From assembly GCA_030248215.1 (NCBI GenBank), contig JASANG010001107.1, positions 248,001 through 312,000 on the forward strand: 64,000 nt of DNA. Direction: 5' to 3'. The notes below the pieces were generated by a model. That model saw nothing but the letters and a program-made list of their open reading frames with translations. It was not told where the DNA came from and ran no database searches. The translations under genes were made by a program, and so were the position numbers. This DNA comes from Enoplolaimus lenunculus. Its lineage: Eukaryota. This document shows positions 39,187 to 53,800 of this stretch, piece after piece (position 1 is the stretch's first letter; every line of letters starts with the position of its first letter).

Positions 39187-41805
39187 TATACATTGAAAAA
39201 TGTAAGATAACAGTAATCTAGCTATATATGCTAGTAAACAGTTGTTAAAGATGGGTGAAACTATCGCTAACTAACAAGATACGGTAATATGTTATGCTGA
39301 CTTCTCATTCTCTCTATATATCAAAACACTGTTATTACAACTTGCAATAGCGTCGACCAAAGACGTCTACAAAGCAGTATGGCTATGTTATGGTCCATAT
39401 TATGCTTTCCGCTTTATTATTCAAGTTTACTTTTTCAGTATGAACATTTTTGCTTTAAAACTGACTTTAAGAGATAGACACCTAGCTATGTATTTCGACA
39501 GGTAAATATTTTCCGAACAATAACTTTTCCTTTACATAAATATAACTATTATAAAGCATAGACTTCTTTTTTCAACAAAAAAGTTAAAACGTAGCCTTAC
39601 TATTAGGAAGCATTTACTATCGCCGGTCAGATGCGGCTCGCACATGAGAAAATTTTTTACTGCGCATACTCGTAGTGATTGTTAACCGCTGCGCACTGTG
39701 CGCCAAATTCACAGACGGCGCTATGTTACAAAAATTGCCCCCGCACAGTACTAAAACATTAGAAACCAACTACACACGGCAACACAACTTCAGCACAAAA
39801 GAACTAACCTACAGTATGGAGTAAAATTTCGTCTCTCCGCCCTTTAATAAAAGCGTTTTAGACATAGAGGCAATATATTTCAAAAAATTTCTATCATAAA
39901 CAGAACAATTAAACGTAGCCGTTTACCAAAACATGGCGAAAGGATGAAATTTCGGGTACTCAGTTTGTGCCTGCAAATTTCCGCAAAGGCCGAAGCTCAG
40001 GTGTGGCGGCGGTATCATCATTGTTGGTAGCAACTTAAACCTTGCTGCACTAACGTTGGTTGACCCACTACCGAAAAACGTTGCAATTGACGCATGCATC
40101 CAGATCATTCAGAGCGTGTTTCATTTCGTTAACATCCGCCGATGTTTAGTCATGTGCTGCATAGCGACTGTCGATTTGCATTTCATACGATCTTGTTAAT
40201 TATCTACTCAGATCTTCTGGATGGCTTCACAGGTGCTATCGCGGGATATCGTGTCATTATCGCAGCACTACTCCTGCCGATGTAACCACTTCAGGTAGGT
40301 TTAACATAACGTTTGTATATATTTATTTCTTTCAATGTTTTACCTCCATGGCTCAACCATAGATATTTCGACGAGAACGAATAAGCAGTATAGTTGTAAA
40401 AGTGGAAGTTGTATTATAAAAGTGAAAACAAATTTCCAAAATGTTGCTTCCCGTTTTCTTTTCGATAAAACGGATTTAAAGCTGGAAATCAACTGTTGTT
40501 GTGTGAGTGTGACAAGCATTATTTCACTTTTATTCTCAATTGCACAGAATACAAATAGTCGGTAAAAACACCAGATCAATTATTATCATAGATAGAAAGA
40601 TTCTAAAAATTCATGGCATAGCTGTGCAACGAAATGCAATAAATTTGAGAAATATATGAAAAATTTCTTAATAAACGAAAGGTTTACAACGAAATATATA
40701 TTTAGGTATTAATTCAAGTATCTATTAAAAACTTAAAAAAAGTCCGTTTGAAATTGACAACCGAAAAATACAGAAATTGCCCAAATATATCGAAAACAAA
40801 GTATATATGGGTAAATTAAATACTAATATTCGTTCGCGCTACTACAGACAGGAGTGTCTGTTGCAGGGTTCATGTCACAACTAAAGTAGCCCGTAATACG
40901 TTGTAATAGGTCCATGTTGATTCCACGATATACATGTAGCCATATATCGCATGATACCACAGGACATTTATATGAATATCATATGATATTTCAAAATTCT
41001 AGTTAACATCACATTTTCAAACTAGGTAGTCATATATTGACAAACAATTCTTTGAATTTCATATGACATTGCAATACAAACAATGAACTCACACCATGAT
41101 ACCAGAAAACCCCGGTGTTACGTGAACCCACATATAGCCAGCACCACAGGCTAGGGTGTAAAGTCGGTGACTAAAGTAATTACTTAAGTATAACTTAACT
41201 AAATACTTAAGTAAGATTTCAAAAACTTAGCCACTCTTTCACAGATCATTGCTATAACTAGCAAATTCCGCATTAATCTTATTTACTTAATATTCTTCCA
41301 CCTTATACTTCCGCAATATTTGTTAAGCTCCGTGAAAACCTAACATTTATATCAGAAACCGAATATAGCGGAAATGTGTGACATTATTAAATTTAAGAGT
41401 TGCAACCAAATCGCCATTTCAACTCTCACATGATAAACTTAACAGAGTCAAGTATAGAGTTCATTTTACAAAGACAAGTAACGAAATTGTAATATTCCAA
41501 ATAACAAAGCCACTGTCGGATCCAAGGGAGCCTAAATTTCTGAACCCGCCACTGAACAAAATGATCAGACGATATTTACGTCATTCCAGAGGCTTAGGTA
41601 GCATTACGTAACGCGAGGTTATAGCCTCATTTAAAACTGTTCTTGCAACCAAGCGTAACGAGCAATATTTTTTGTACTTCTAAAATCTCTGAAACGTATT
41701 CCAAAACCTACTAAAAGTGCGATTTGTGACGTTTTTACAATTTCGCGATTGGATATATCCCCCTGTCCCCTCTTTTGAATACGCCCCTGCTTCATTCTTA
41801 TAATG

Positions 41806-44800
41806 TCATTCTGTCTTGACCGAAGCTAATCGATTGATACAAAACGCAGCAATTACGAAAATTTGGCACGAAACCACAGTTGCCAATAGCAACGACATCA
41901 GCGAAAACCTTGCTCGTTTAAAACACAAATGTGTTTCGCGTCGAATAGCGGCCGTAGCAGTAATCCGAGACGTTGCTAATGCAGATAATAATTTGTTTTC
42001 TGAAATTATCTGTTTAGCCTGCTCAATATTAAATTTTGTTCTCATATATAGCTAAGGGCAGTACAACTTGTAGCATATTCTTGACTTCCTAAGCTCAAGC
42101 CTAAGCATCAGCGTAAAGAAAAAACCTAAAACTAAAACCTAGGCCAAAACATAAAGCCTGAGCAAAGAAAATCAGTCTAAAGCTTAACCTTACGCTGCAG
42201 AAAAGTACCACGGAAACAAGAAACGCCCCTCAGCTATACATAGGGAACATTTTGCTTATTATTTTCTTATTATATAGCACTCGCGTGAGCATAAATATGA
42301 GCATAAGCTAAAATCTAAAACAAAGACCACCTTCGAGCAGCTTCAAGGCGTGCTTTATGTGTGGCAAATTCATGCGTTCAAATGTTTAGGTAGATAGCTT
42401 TATTTCAATTGCGATCATTCGGTGGCTTTAGTTCATTCGACGCTGAATATGACATGCCCGTTTAGATTGGTGTTAAAACAAAAAACGTTTTTCGCACTTT
42501 GAAAATGTTCTTTTAATGATGAGAAAATAGTGTTTTGACAAACTCTTAAAAGCTTTTGATAAACAGCGTTTCGCTGCGCAATAGTAATTTCTACGATGAT
42601 AAAAAGCGTTTCGGAAGATTTATTTGAAACGAGAAAAGTGTTTGAAATAGCATTTTGTTTTGGCTAACAAACGTCATTGCCACAGGATGAGCTCTTGCGT
42701 ACTCTAAACCAACCACTAAAATCATACATGTTTAATATTAAACTGCAGAGTTACATGTAACATTTTTAAGAAATATTCCAAACCTTGAGAATCACGTTGT
42801 TGAGGTGTATCAACGATACTAAAAATCAGCTCCGAATGCTCATCAACGTGCGATCGGATGCTCTTTTGAAAACGGTTAGTTCCAGAACTGGCCCCGCGGT
42901 ACTCTGGGCTTCGTTTACGACGACCTAAAGACCGTCGTACAGTTCCATTCCAGTCGCAGGTCGTCTGAAAAATTAAACGCTGCGACTTATCGTTTCAATT
43001 CAATAGGATTTAACTAGTAGTTTGCTTTAAGAATTCAAACGAAATAATGTTTCGCAGAAACAGCTTCAGAAATTAATTTTACGTTTGTAACGGCGCATTA
43101 CATCATAGACGTAGCCGTATTGAAAGTAAGTTACGTCCTGTAAATACTTCGAATCTCGGTTCTCAAGCTGAAAACTGAGACCATAACACCTGATTTAATA
43201 GACATTAAAATAATAATACTTTAGACTTTTTTAAAAATATGGCATCACAAAATTGAGACCATAACACCTGATTTAATAGACATTAAAATAATAATACTTT
43301 AGACTTTTTTAAAAATATGGCATCACAAAATGCTAAAAATTGTAGTTCGTGTTGATATCGTAAACTTTTTATACAGTTTGTTTACAAATATTTTCGCTCT
43401 GAAATTTGTTCCATTGTGTCAAAGTAACAACGTCTTTAAGCAATACCAAATCGGTTACTTTATTCAAGGTGTCTAAAATTCCGAACCAAACTTGAAAACA
43501 CTACAAATTTCAAGATTTCTTTACTTGGATGGTGGCCGCCAAAATACAGGATGATACGGGCTCTGCAAGCGGGGTTAAGTGGAGAAAATTTGAAACAAAC
43601 GGTTGTAGTTGCATTAATCGCTATCACTCTATATATAAGTGGCTCTTTCTTTACAAGTTATTTAAGCCTAGCATGATATTAATGCGTGCGCTATGCATCA
43701 CTTGGTTTTATACGTTCTGATTTTTTACATAAAATCTTAGAAACCAATTCCAATTCTAAATACCTATATTAAAATGTCAAACAAATGTGATGTGACCAAA
43801 TATTAAAATATATCTATATCTATCTATATATAATCAAAAATGCTGAAATAGGTATCCGAGAAAAAAAAGTGCGTCTAAAATAGACCGCCTCAAGGCTGTC
43901 TCAAAAATGTGCTTCTAAAAGGGATGGCCTCCCGTCCGTCTCAAAAATTGCTTCAGCGTCCGATCCATAGCAGTCAAGTGCACTCGTTTGGCACATACGT
44001 ACAGGCGACCGTTTTCACATGAAAAAGTTATAGTACAGCACTGATCGTAATCTTATTGCTGGCGCCTTACCGGATTACATGCTCTTCCTTGACATAAATC
44101 AATCTGACACGACAACTTCACTGATCTAGAACCATCGAACCGAAAAATTCGAATCGGCATCACAAATCCTTCGTTCGTCTTTGTAATCGGGCTATTAACA
44201 ATTGTATCCTGAACAGCTGGCAGTGGACATCTGAAATCACACATTATGAAAATTTTTTTCAAATAGCGACAAAATTGTTGAAATTTATTGCATGGTGTTG
44301 CAATGTGTGCGGGATCGTAGACAAGGAGGGCCAGAGGACGTTCAGCACCCGAGAAAAAATTTTGCCCCCCCCTACAAAATTTACAACCTTGCCTGTATTA
44401 AATCAATAAAATCTTGGTATGCGCTTCCTGAAAATTTTTTAGCCCCCCTAGCAAGGTGAGCTGGCTACAAGCCTGCATGAGTGGCTGGTGAGATACACGC
44501 CTCATGCGCTAAGATAGGTTTACTTACATAAACATGTTATTCAAACCACAACTCATTAATCAACATCACAGCATGCAACCTAAGAACTGTTATGAAGCAC
44601 CAGCTCTTAAAAATTTGAGTTCCCTGCTGAGATACATAAAGTTTGTATCAATACCTTTTACCACCTTCTTGTGAAAGTGTGAGAACATAGGAAATTTACA
44701 TTTTTACTGGTTACATTTTTACTGACCCAGAATAAACGATTTGATCGCGGTCAAAACATTTTAAAACTTGGAGAAAACGCAAATAAATATGATGCGTCGA

Positions 44801-47800
44801 AATATGGCAAGCGAGGGCAGTAAAGTTCCGCATATTGTATTTCTCAACTGAAAAACTCAGAATGATAACAAAAATGCAGGGTTACGGCCACGGTATCTGA
44901 GGGCCCCCACCTACGCTGACAGATAAAGCAAACTTGCGAAGCATGAATTAGGGTTGGGGTGTTCAGCAGTATATCCGAAACAGGGACACACACGCAGGGA
45001 CACAAGCGAGAAATAAACAAATTGCATCAAAAGTGACAATATAACAAACGCACCCATCTTTCAGTAATTCAAGAGGCTTAGGCCTTGGACCGGATCCAAG
45101 AAATCGACTTGCATTACAGTCTCGAACAAATACGCCCATTTTACTTGTATCTGCAATGGAAAAATAAAATTATTTATGTATCGCTTTACTTTAATTTGTG
45201 AACGCAATGTAGAAATGCTCATCGGCATTAGACGACGACGTTTACTATTTCAAAAACATCAACTTGCGTTGGTTACAATTTGTGTTCTTCGCAACTTATA
45301 AAAACAAACGACAAAGCCTTTAAAATCCCGAAAGTCAAATACAGCCAAATCTGAACAACTTCGAATGGTTTGTTATACACTAATGCAGCGTTCACAATAT
45401 CTTTTCTCAGCTGCGCACCAAAAACGTCATATGGTAGTCATTCGTTTAGCTTAGAAATTAAGTTGAAGATAAGCGATGCTTAAACTACATTCTACTGCTA
45501 GTCTAAACGCTTGAAGCTGTTTATTTTCATAACCAATAAAAGATTACCTTTTCTTACAAATGATATTGAGATTTATCTTTTTGAGTCAACAATGACTGAT
45601 TTTATTACATTTCACCTGATCATACTTAAGTCAGGTAGAAAAGCAGAATTCCACATAATAACAAAACAATACCAAATTGTGGGTTCAACACAAAGTGCAC
45701 CGAGACTTTTTGACCAAGGCGAGCGCTTGAAATAACAGCACCACCGTCTCGTAACTCCATTGTCAACGGAGATTCGATGAAAATTTGACCCTTGGGTTTG
45801 ATCATTCGCATTTCATTTTCGTTTCTATTATTGAATGTTACTGATTATCTTTTGTTTACGTTCAAAAATACATAATTTAACCCTACTTAAAATATACACG
45901 AAAGTTGGCTAAACGCATTAAACAACAAAATTCACATCAGCGAGTATTTACTTTCGTAATTGAAGTTATTTTAAAGAAGAGTAATTTTGAAAAGTAGTAA
46001 TCTTATGGAGGATGTCTCTTGCTTTAGGGGTACGGCACATGCTGCAACTCAGTACGCCAGACTAGTAGATAGTGTCAGTGGCGGTTACAGGTGGACGGAG
46101 ACGTGCACCCCCCACTAGCCCGGCAGAGGTGAAGATTTTTAGATGCAATTCAACTGTGAAGCTCACAATGTGTTTTACAGCCAAACAGGCGCAAATTATG
46201 GTGAGGTTGCAAGACGAATGAAGCCACGCTTCGGAATATTTTGGATCCGTCACAGACCCGTAGTCAGTTCACCTTGCTAGGGGGCTAAAAATTTTCAGGA
46301 GGGCTATTTAAAGGTTTTCAATGACTTATAAGCAAAGTTGAAAATTTCTAGGGGGGGGGGAATTTTTCCAGGGTGGAGCTGAGCCCCCTGGCCGCTCCCC
46401 TTGGCTACGGGCCCGATCCGTCACTGGATGATGTGTACTACTCAAAACCATAAGAAAAAAGCCAGCGTTTTAATGACTTTCCAGCAAAATGCCTTTACAC
46501 TCCTAGAATGGTTGGTTGCTACTAAGTTTATGCGACGTGGACAGGTTTCCTACCGAAGACTTTAGATTGGAGGGACCGGTACCGACAAAACGGTTACAAT
46601 ATTTGGACTTCTGACATAGGCAATATGTAAATTGTTAAATCAACTCGAATAGGGGTCATGTGGTGGAGTTTCCAGCGCCACCTCTAAGCCAAATGCAAAT
46701 CTAATAATTTGTAATATAGGGACTATACTTTTTTCACATTTTTCATTCTATGTTGTACAACATTTTGATTTCAAAAAGAGAGAGGCAGGTCCCCAGTGCA
46801 GGCAGAAGCGTCCCGCCACCCCACATTATGGGGGACAACCTTTGGAGGCCCCGTCTTGGCAAACTGGAAATCGTTTTGTGGACCACCAAAAACGCACCAC
46901 CAAACCTTACAATTGGGATTTGGCGGCACGACGCTTGAGGGGTCACATCTTGGCAAACTGAAAATTTTTTCCGTAGACCACGAAGTTATAGAACTGTGAA
47001 AACTTTTAGTGGGCGTCCTCTCGGACCTGTTGGGGGTGACTATCTTAACACCGGCCCTGTGGCGGCGATTATCTGAACACCGGTTCTGCTGCCCCCCCCT
47101 GCTGTTGCGCCACTGCTAAACCATATTCATCTAAACAAAAACGTACTTCACACGTAATGGAGAACCAGAAGCAACAACTTTACTACGAGTTGCAGGTCCA
47201 GAATAATCGCAAGTGACGTTGAAAAATCGATCATTGTCAGTTACTAAACCAGGTACCTTATTCACTGATGCAATAACAATTGCGCTGTAGCGGTGGTCGG
47301 ACTAAAATATAGACAATCTGATTAATATTTGTGCATTTGTTTACCAGCCCGCCCCCCGTAATTTAAAACAAAGCAAATACTTCACGAACATTACAGTTTA
47401 CATCATTCCAAACCTCATGCTTAGGCCTAAGTTTCAACCTATGGTTAAACTCAACACAGTAAAGCGTAACTCTAAGCCACAGCGCAAAGATATAATCTAA
47501 AACTAAGCCAAAGCAGAAAATATCTAACTCCTCAACTTACTTAATTGTGATCCAGCGATAAAACGGGTCCACCCTAAAAGTATTAACATGAGCCGAACTG
47601 TTTAGAAAATATTGGAAGCTTTAATGACCGAAATTTCTCAGGCAAATACTTACAATTCGTACAACACCACAGTGATCACTTTGATTACGGTCGCGTATTG
47701 GTGAAAACGGAAGCAACAACGACAACGGTTGTATAGAATTTCGGTTTTCGGAGTTGCCCAAATATGATTGGCTAATTCGACAGGAATGAAACTTGTTTTT

Positions 47801-50800
47801 AGCGAAAAGCGAATGAGGAGAAGCGCTCGAAGACGTGACGCGGATTCCGGAATAATCGCATTGCGTCGTTAAAGACATGTCATAGTCGAATGAATCGTAA
47901 GCGCGAGCGTCATTGAAATGGCTTGGGCCACTGACGTCAAGGTCTATAATGTTTATATGAATGACACATTAAAGGTGGCGCGATATTTTAAACGAAACGC
48001 ATGCATCCGGTGCCGTTCGTCGCCTTCGTCGCCGTAACGTCATCGTTCGTCGCCGTAGCGTCATCGTTCGTCGCCGCAACGTCATCGTTCGTCGCCGTAA
48101 CGTAATCGTTCGTCGCCGTAGCGTCATCGTTCGTCGCCGCAACGTCATTGTTCGTCGCCGTAACGTAATCGTTCGTGGCCGTAGCGTCATCGTTCGTCGC
48201 CGCAACGTCATCGTTCGTCGCTGTAACGTCATCCCATGAGGTTTCGTACACTTGACAAGTATAGTGCCACCCTTACTAAACCGCTGCACCCGAACACTAA
48301 TTGCCAATCAAGTATAAGCTAAGATGGTCTCTGGCCAGAGAGGGGGCCTGGGGCTCAAACGTTTGAAAAAGTTTAGACACCACTAAAACTATTTAGCCGT
48401 TAAACGATGGGAATTCTCTGTACGCTCCTTCTGAAATTGTTTCGAGGGGCCTATCACCGTGCCTGTGGCCAAAGGGGGGTGGGTGGACTCAGCTCTACGG
48501 AAGCATTTTGGTCCTCTTAAAAAATTTCAACCTTGCTTGTAAGTCATCAAACAACATTGTATGCTTCTCTTGAAAAATGTTGAGCACTTCCAAGGAAGAT
48601 TAGCTGGCGGCAAGCCTGGCTAACAATCTGAACTACCTACTAGCCAGAAACTAGGCTTAAAAGGTGCGGCTTCGTCAGACAGCTGGAGACATAAATCTTT
48701 CAGAAAATTAGAGTAACATTAAAAATACATTGCATCTAAGTATGTATAATCATATAGTTTAATTACGGGTTTTTCGAAAATTTTTAAAGGATCCATATTT
48801 GTAATTTTTACGTTCAAAATTTTTACTAAAGCCTGTAGATACGCTTTTTGCAGGGTCTCACATTTTTTTAAAACATGCCACAACCGTGGTTTCAACCGCC
48901 TTACAATATTCAGCACGAGTCAGTTGTGGATCCGGAATTTTTTGGTGAAGGCCGCGTAATTTATTGTAAAAAAGCCTCGCGAGCGAAACGAGTGAAAGAG
49001 CAACCATAATTTTAGACTAACAAAAGTAAACATTTATATAAGACAGGGATCTCAACATTTTATTACAAAAATATTCTTACGGACACCCCCCACCTCTTCT
49101 GCTTCCGAACCTTGCATGCATCGGTCGGAGTCTGAATTCCGTTAGTACCCTACCACTTAGTATTGTCGCCAACAGACTACTTCTTGGCGGGCTCATAGAC
49201 AAGGGGGTCTATATGGAGAGGGCTAAATCCCCCTGGAAGAAATTTTCGCCCCCACCCTACAAAATTTTCAACCTTGCTTGTACATGAACGAAAACCCTTT
49301 TACGCCCCTCCTGAAAACTTTTTAGCCGAACTTAGCATGACAAGCTGCCTGGCTACGGGCCTGCATCTTGATTAAAGCATCTAATAGCACCCGTACCCCA
49401 CTCAAACTATCTAACATTTTTAATTGCATAAAATATTTTTAAATGGATAAATTTAGGGGATAAGTTGTAAAACGACATTGTCTTTAAGTATTAAGTTGTT
49501 TTGCACAGATGCATTTTCACATGGCAGCGCATTTTTTTTGCTGCAATGCGTTTATGTTTTATTGTAAATAATCGCAGACAGTCAACAGTTTATATTTTTC
49601 TATATACTGTATCTCATGAAAATCGAGCTTGCGAATCGGATTTTGAAAATTGTTACATATTTGAGCTTCTTACAACCTCCCCTGATCATTCCACGATCAA
49701 ATGTGAATGTTTGAAAAATTTGATTTTTTTAATGTTCCAAGGACCAATGTCTTTGGGACCAAAAAATTTTTTGCTGAAAAGTTAGACAAATTATACACTA
49801 TTTTATGCAGCATGCACAGCTGAATTCAACTGTGATAAATTTTCCGCATTCAAACCTCTGGTTAGCGAGTTAAGGTCAAATCACTGATTTGGCACCGTTC
49901 CAAATTATTGGCAGCGTGCCAAATCAATATGTTGACCATAACTCGTTAGCCAGACATTTGATTGCAGAAAATTTAACACAGTTAGACTCAGCTTCACAAG
50001 CTGCAACGCATGGTATATAAATTCGTCTAACTTGTTAACAAAAACCAGGCAATGTTCGCCCGGCTTAGGTTCTTCATATCGCTGCCCCTGCTTTTGCTTT
50101 CGGTGGTCTAGTCAATGCAATGTCCAAACAAGCACAAAATTTATTGAGACTAGCCGATTTCTAGCTTAAATTTCAAGCGGTTGCGGCAGAAATCTGCGCT
50201 TTTCCCGACCGATTTTGGAGAGGTGTAGCTTTGATATCGCCTTTACAGATAAACACTAATGGCATGTAGTGTTGTTTATTTCTTGATTATTTTAGGATCT
50301 GCTTGTTATTTTTAAACAGAGCATCGTAAAAAAACTGACGGAGCCACTCACAGAATCTTTACAAATAGTATTTGGTTTAATTGCAATGGACTATTTTTAA
50401 TAGTGAATTTGCTTTGCACTTAATTTCACTTGTTAAACATGAAATTGTAATTTTCGTGCAGACCGCAATAAAATCATGACAATATCCTATTCTGGCAATT
50501 TCACAAGAATTCTATTCCGATGGAAAGGAAGTCTGTGGAAATCTGTATGGCTTCCTATGTTGGTGTACATTGCGTTGTATTATATAATTAACGCAGTTGT
50601 TTGTTTTGGACTAAACCAAGAACAACTCGACAAATTTGTGGTAAGTCTATTAACACGGTTTTCAATACACAAACACTGATAACTTGGGCTAACAATTTTG
50701 GACTATCAGGAACACAAATCCAGCCTCAAATGTGTATAACGTAGTACGAAATATACAATATACCTGCATAACCTACGCTCAAGACCGTGTTTAGCGTACC

Positions 50801-53800
50801 GCCTACCGTGAACATCCAGGTTGAAAGGGCTGGCGTAATTTAAATGACCTCCAAATATTGAAGAACTGAGTCTATTTCAAAAACTGGGCTTGAATACACA
50901 AAAAGCGTAAAGTGTTTCGCTTGTTTCGGTCGCGAAATAGTTTCACTACAAACGGTACTAAAACTTGAATGGCATAATACTACTTTTCAGACTATCCGAA
51001 AATACTGCGTGAAAAGCCAAGAACGAATTCCGCTGCTGTTTTTGCTAGGATTTTACGTGAGCATGGTCGTATCACGTTGGTGGGTGCAGTTTAACGCCAT
51101 CTCGTGGCCGGACCGATTTATGATTAATATTGTATCGGCAATTGATGGTAACAGCGAAGAGGTGAGTAGGCTAGAAAAATTATTCGAACTATTCGCCCAC
51201 ACAAATAGCTTTCATATACATTATATATTGTCGGCGTTAAACTCTTTTTAGGCAGCGGCTGATCCAAAAATTTTTGACAGGGGTTTAAGGAGTTGGCAAT
51301 TACTGCCAGCCAGTAATTCTATATGTTGAATCCAAAGAAGTTTCAAATGGGCATTCTGAAATTTTTTCAACGCGGCTGTGCCCTTTGTGTTTCCTCTTCG
51401 CTAAAAGTCTGACAAATAATTCGCTTTACAGGATCGGCTAGTGCGACGAACCTACGCGCGTTGGAGTATACTGATCGCTACGCTGTCGTGGCGTGATATT
51501 TCATCACAAATCCGCAAACGATTTCCAACGATTCGGCATTTAGTCACAGCTGGACTGATGACAGAAGCCGAGTATACATTGTACGAAGCGGCCAGCCCAA
51601 CGTACGGCAAATGGTTCTTACCTGCGGTCTGGGCGTGCACACTGGCTCGAAAGTTGCATGATGATGGAAAGGTGTGTGCGAGAGCAATAAAATGGTGTTG
51701 ACAGTGGCACATCCAGATATAGAACGGGGCCGTGTGGGATATAATGAAACATAACTTTCAAGCAAAGCGGTTTAGCAGTTGGACGCTGTTTTAGGGCTAA
51801 TACTCAGAATAAAACCTTCGTTTTGATTTTTTTGGGGGATTGAGTGATGGTGGCCCCCCTTGGATGCACAGGTGGGCGCTGAGTCCTGTTTTGGGCGAGT
51901 TCCGAAGAAATTTCGGGGATTGCTGGTTGCACGGATAACAACACTTAGCTTTAGAAAATCATGTAAATTTTATAGTGCAACAACGTAAACTGTCTCGGCG
52001 ATTGGAAATTGCCGCGATGTTGTTGTATTTTTTGGCGCACGCAAGATACTGGTTTGGTGCTCGAGCCCAAATTTTCTCAAGCCAAAATATATAGTAATTT
52101 CTCTATTGTATGGAGGTTGTCTGGGCTAAAAGAAATAGAAACAATTTTTAACTTGAACTACATTTTTTAATATTTAGTGATCGGCCACTGAAAAGCTCAA
52201 GCGAAAAGCCAAATCAAATTTTAGTCCTTAAGACACAAAATTTTGGTTTGGATTCCTGCTGAGATGCCAAAATGGGTGTGGCGTCTGCTAGGATGCGCCA
52301 GTACCGCCTTTTATTTAAATTTACATTCTTCTGACAATTTGCTTATTATCAGGCAATTTTAGCTTCATATCACTCAAGCAAAACTAATTGCAAAAGAATT
52401 CAACGCATATCGCGCCGGATTCGGTACACTCGCATGCTACGACTGGGTTCCGTGTCCGTTGGTGTATACCCAAGTTGCCATTGTTGCCACCTACGGATAT
52501 TTGGCGTTTATGTTGGTGTCGCAACAGGTGCAGTTATGTACTTATTCAATGTGTAAGAAGCAAAATAGGATACGACATAGTCAGTGTAGTGCCATTCCGA
52601 ACCGGGTCCGTTGCCAGGGCGGGGCCAGGGGCTGGACCTCAGCAATACCTGGAAGAATTTTGGTCCCTAGAAAATTTTCAACCCACCTTGTAAGCCATCT
52701 AAAACCCTTGTATGCCCATACTGGAACATTTTTAGCCCCTCTAGCAAGGTGAGCTGGCTCTGGGCCTACTCCGAACTTTAGTATTGAGTTGGATTAAACC
52801 TTATTTTCGGTTTTCTGATAGGCGTTCACAAGAAAAATCGACGTTAAGAATTGAGCTATATCCAAGCCATTCACTTTTGCGGTCACGTGCGAATCACTTA
52901 GGGAGGTATGCTTAGTAAAAATATTGCTTTTACTGGTGTTACGCTGTCACGTTATATACGTAGTAGGCCAATCTGTTATTCAGGCCAATTACTAACTGGC
53001 CTAGGCCAATCTGCTATACTTATAGACCAATCAGATTTAATTATTTGGACAGACGCAATACCGTTAACCAATCAGCGTTGGCTTATACAACACTGTTGTT
53101 TTGCTATATCTCACAATCGCTATTTGGCCTAAACACAAAATAAATTGTCTTGTATTCAAGAAATATTGTCTGAAATTTAAGACAATTATGTCTTGATAGA
53201 GACTCCAGACATATATGTCTTGAATTCAAGACTTTTATTTCTTAACCTTTTCAGAAATATTGCTTTAAAAGTTTTCAACCTTAAATGTCTTAAATTTAAG
53301 TCTTTGTTTTATGAACGATTAAGAAAAATATTTTTGAAACTTTGAAACATAAGACAAACATGTCTTAAATAAAACGCAGAGATTTGCCATGGAATCCGAC
53401 TTCAAAATTGAGGGCTAAAGCTCAACCCAATAACCTAATTTTACAATCTAAAATACGTTCAATGACCTCAACCCGAAATATCTTTGAAATTCGATTATTT
53501 ATATATTGTCTTAAGAATATATACAGAGCAACTTATTTAGGTACATTAAAAATCAGAAAATAAATTCTTGAATAAAAGACAACTATTTCTTGAAAGAAAG
53601 AAACTTGTGTGTTATAAATTGGCAATAGCAATTTCTTGAATATGAGACATTTATGTTTTAAACATTTAAGAAACGAATTTCTGAGCTGTTTAAGGCTCTT
53701 AATGTTTGAAATACAAGACATTTATGTCGTGAAAATTTAAGAAAGTAGGAGTCTTGATGTCCTCAATACCTGCAGTGTAGGAAACGGCTAATATTGTCAC

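Noticed and set aside
39900..40600. Possible small gene between the PHF20-like and ZP genes (donor-like cag|gtaggt near 40295)
   Set aside because: No coherent ORF or exon chain could be built.
47969..48307. Arg-rich protamine-like ORF (RRRTMTL)n
   Set aside because: It is an alternative frame of the 21-bp minisatellite, with a non-ATG start and no supporting gene structure.
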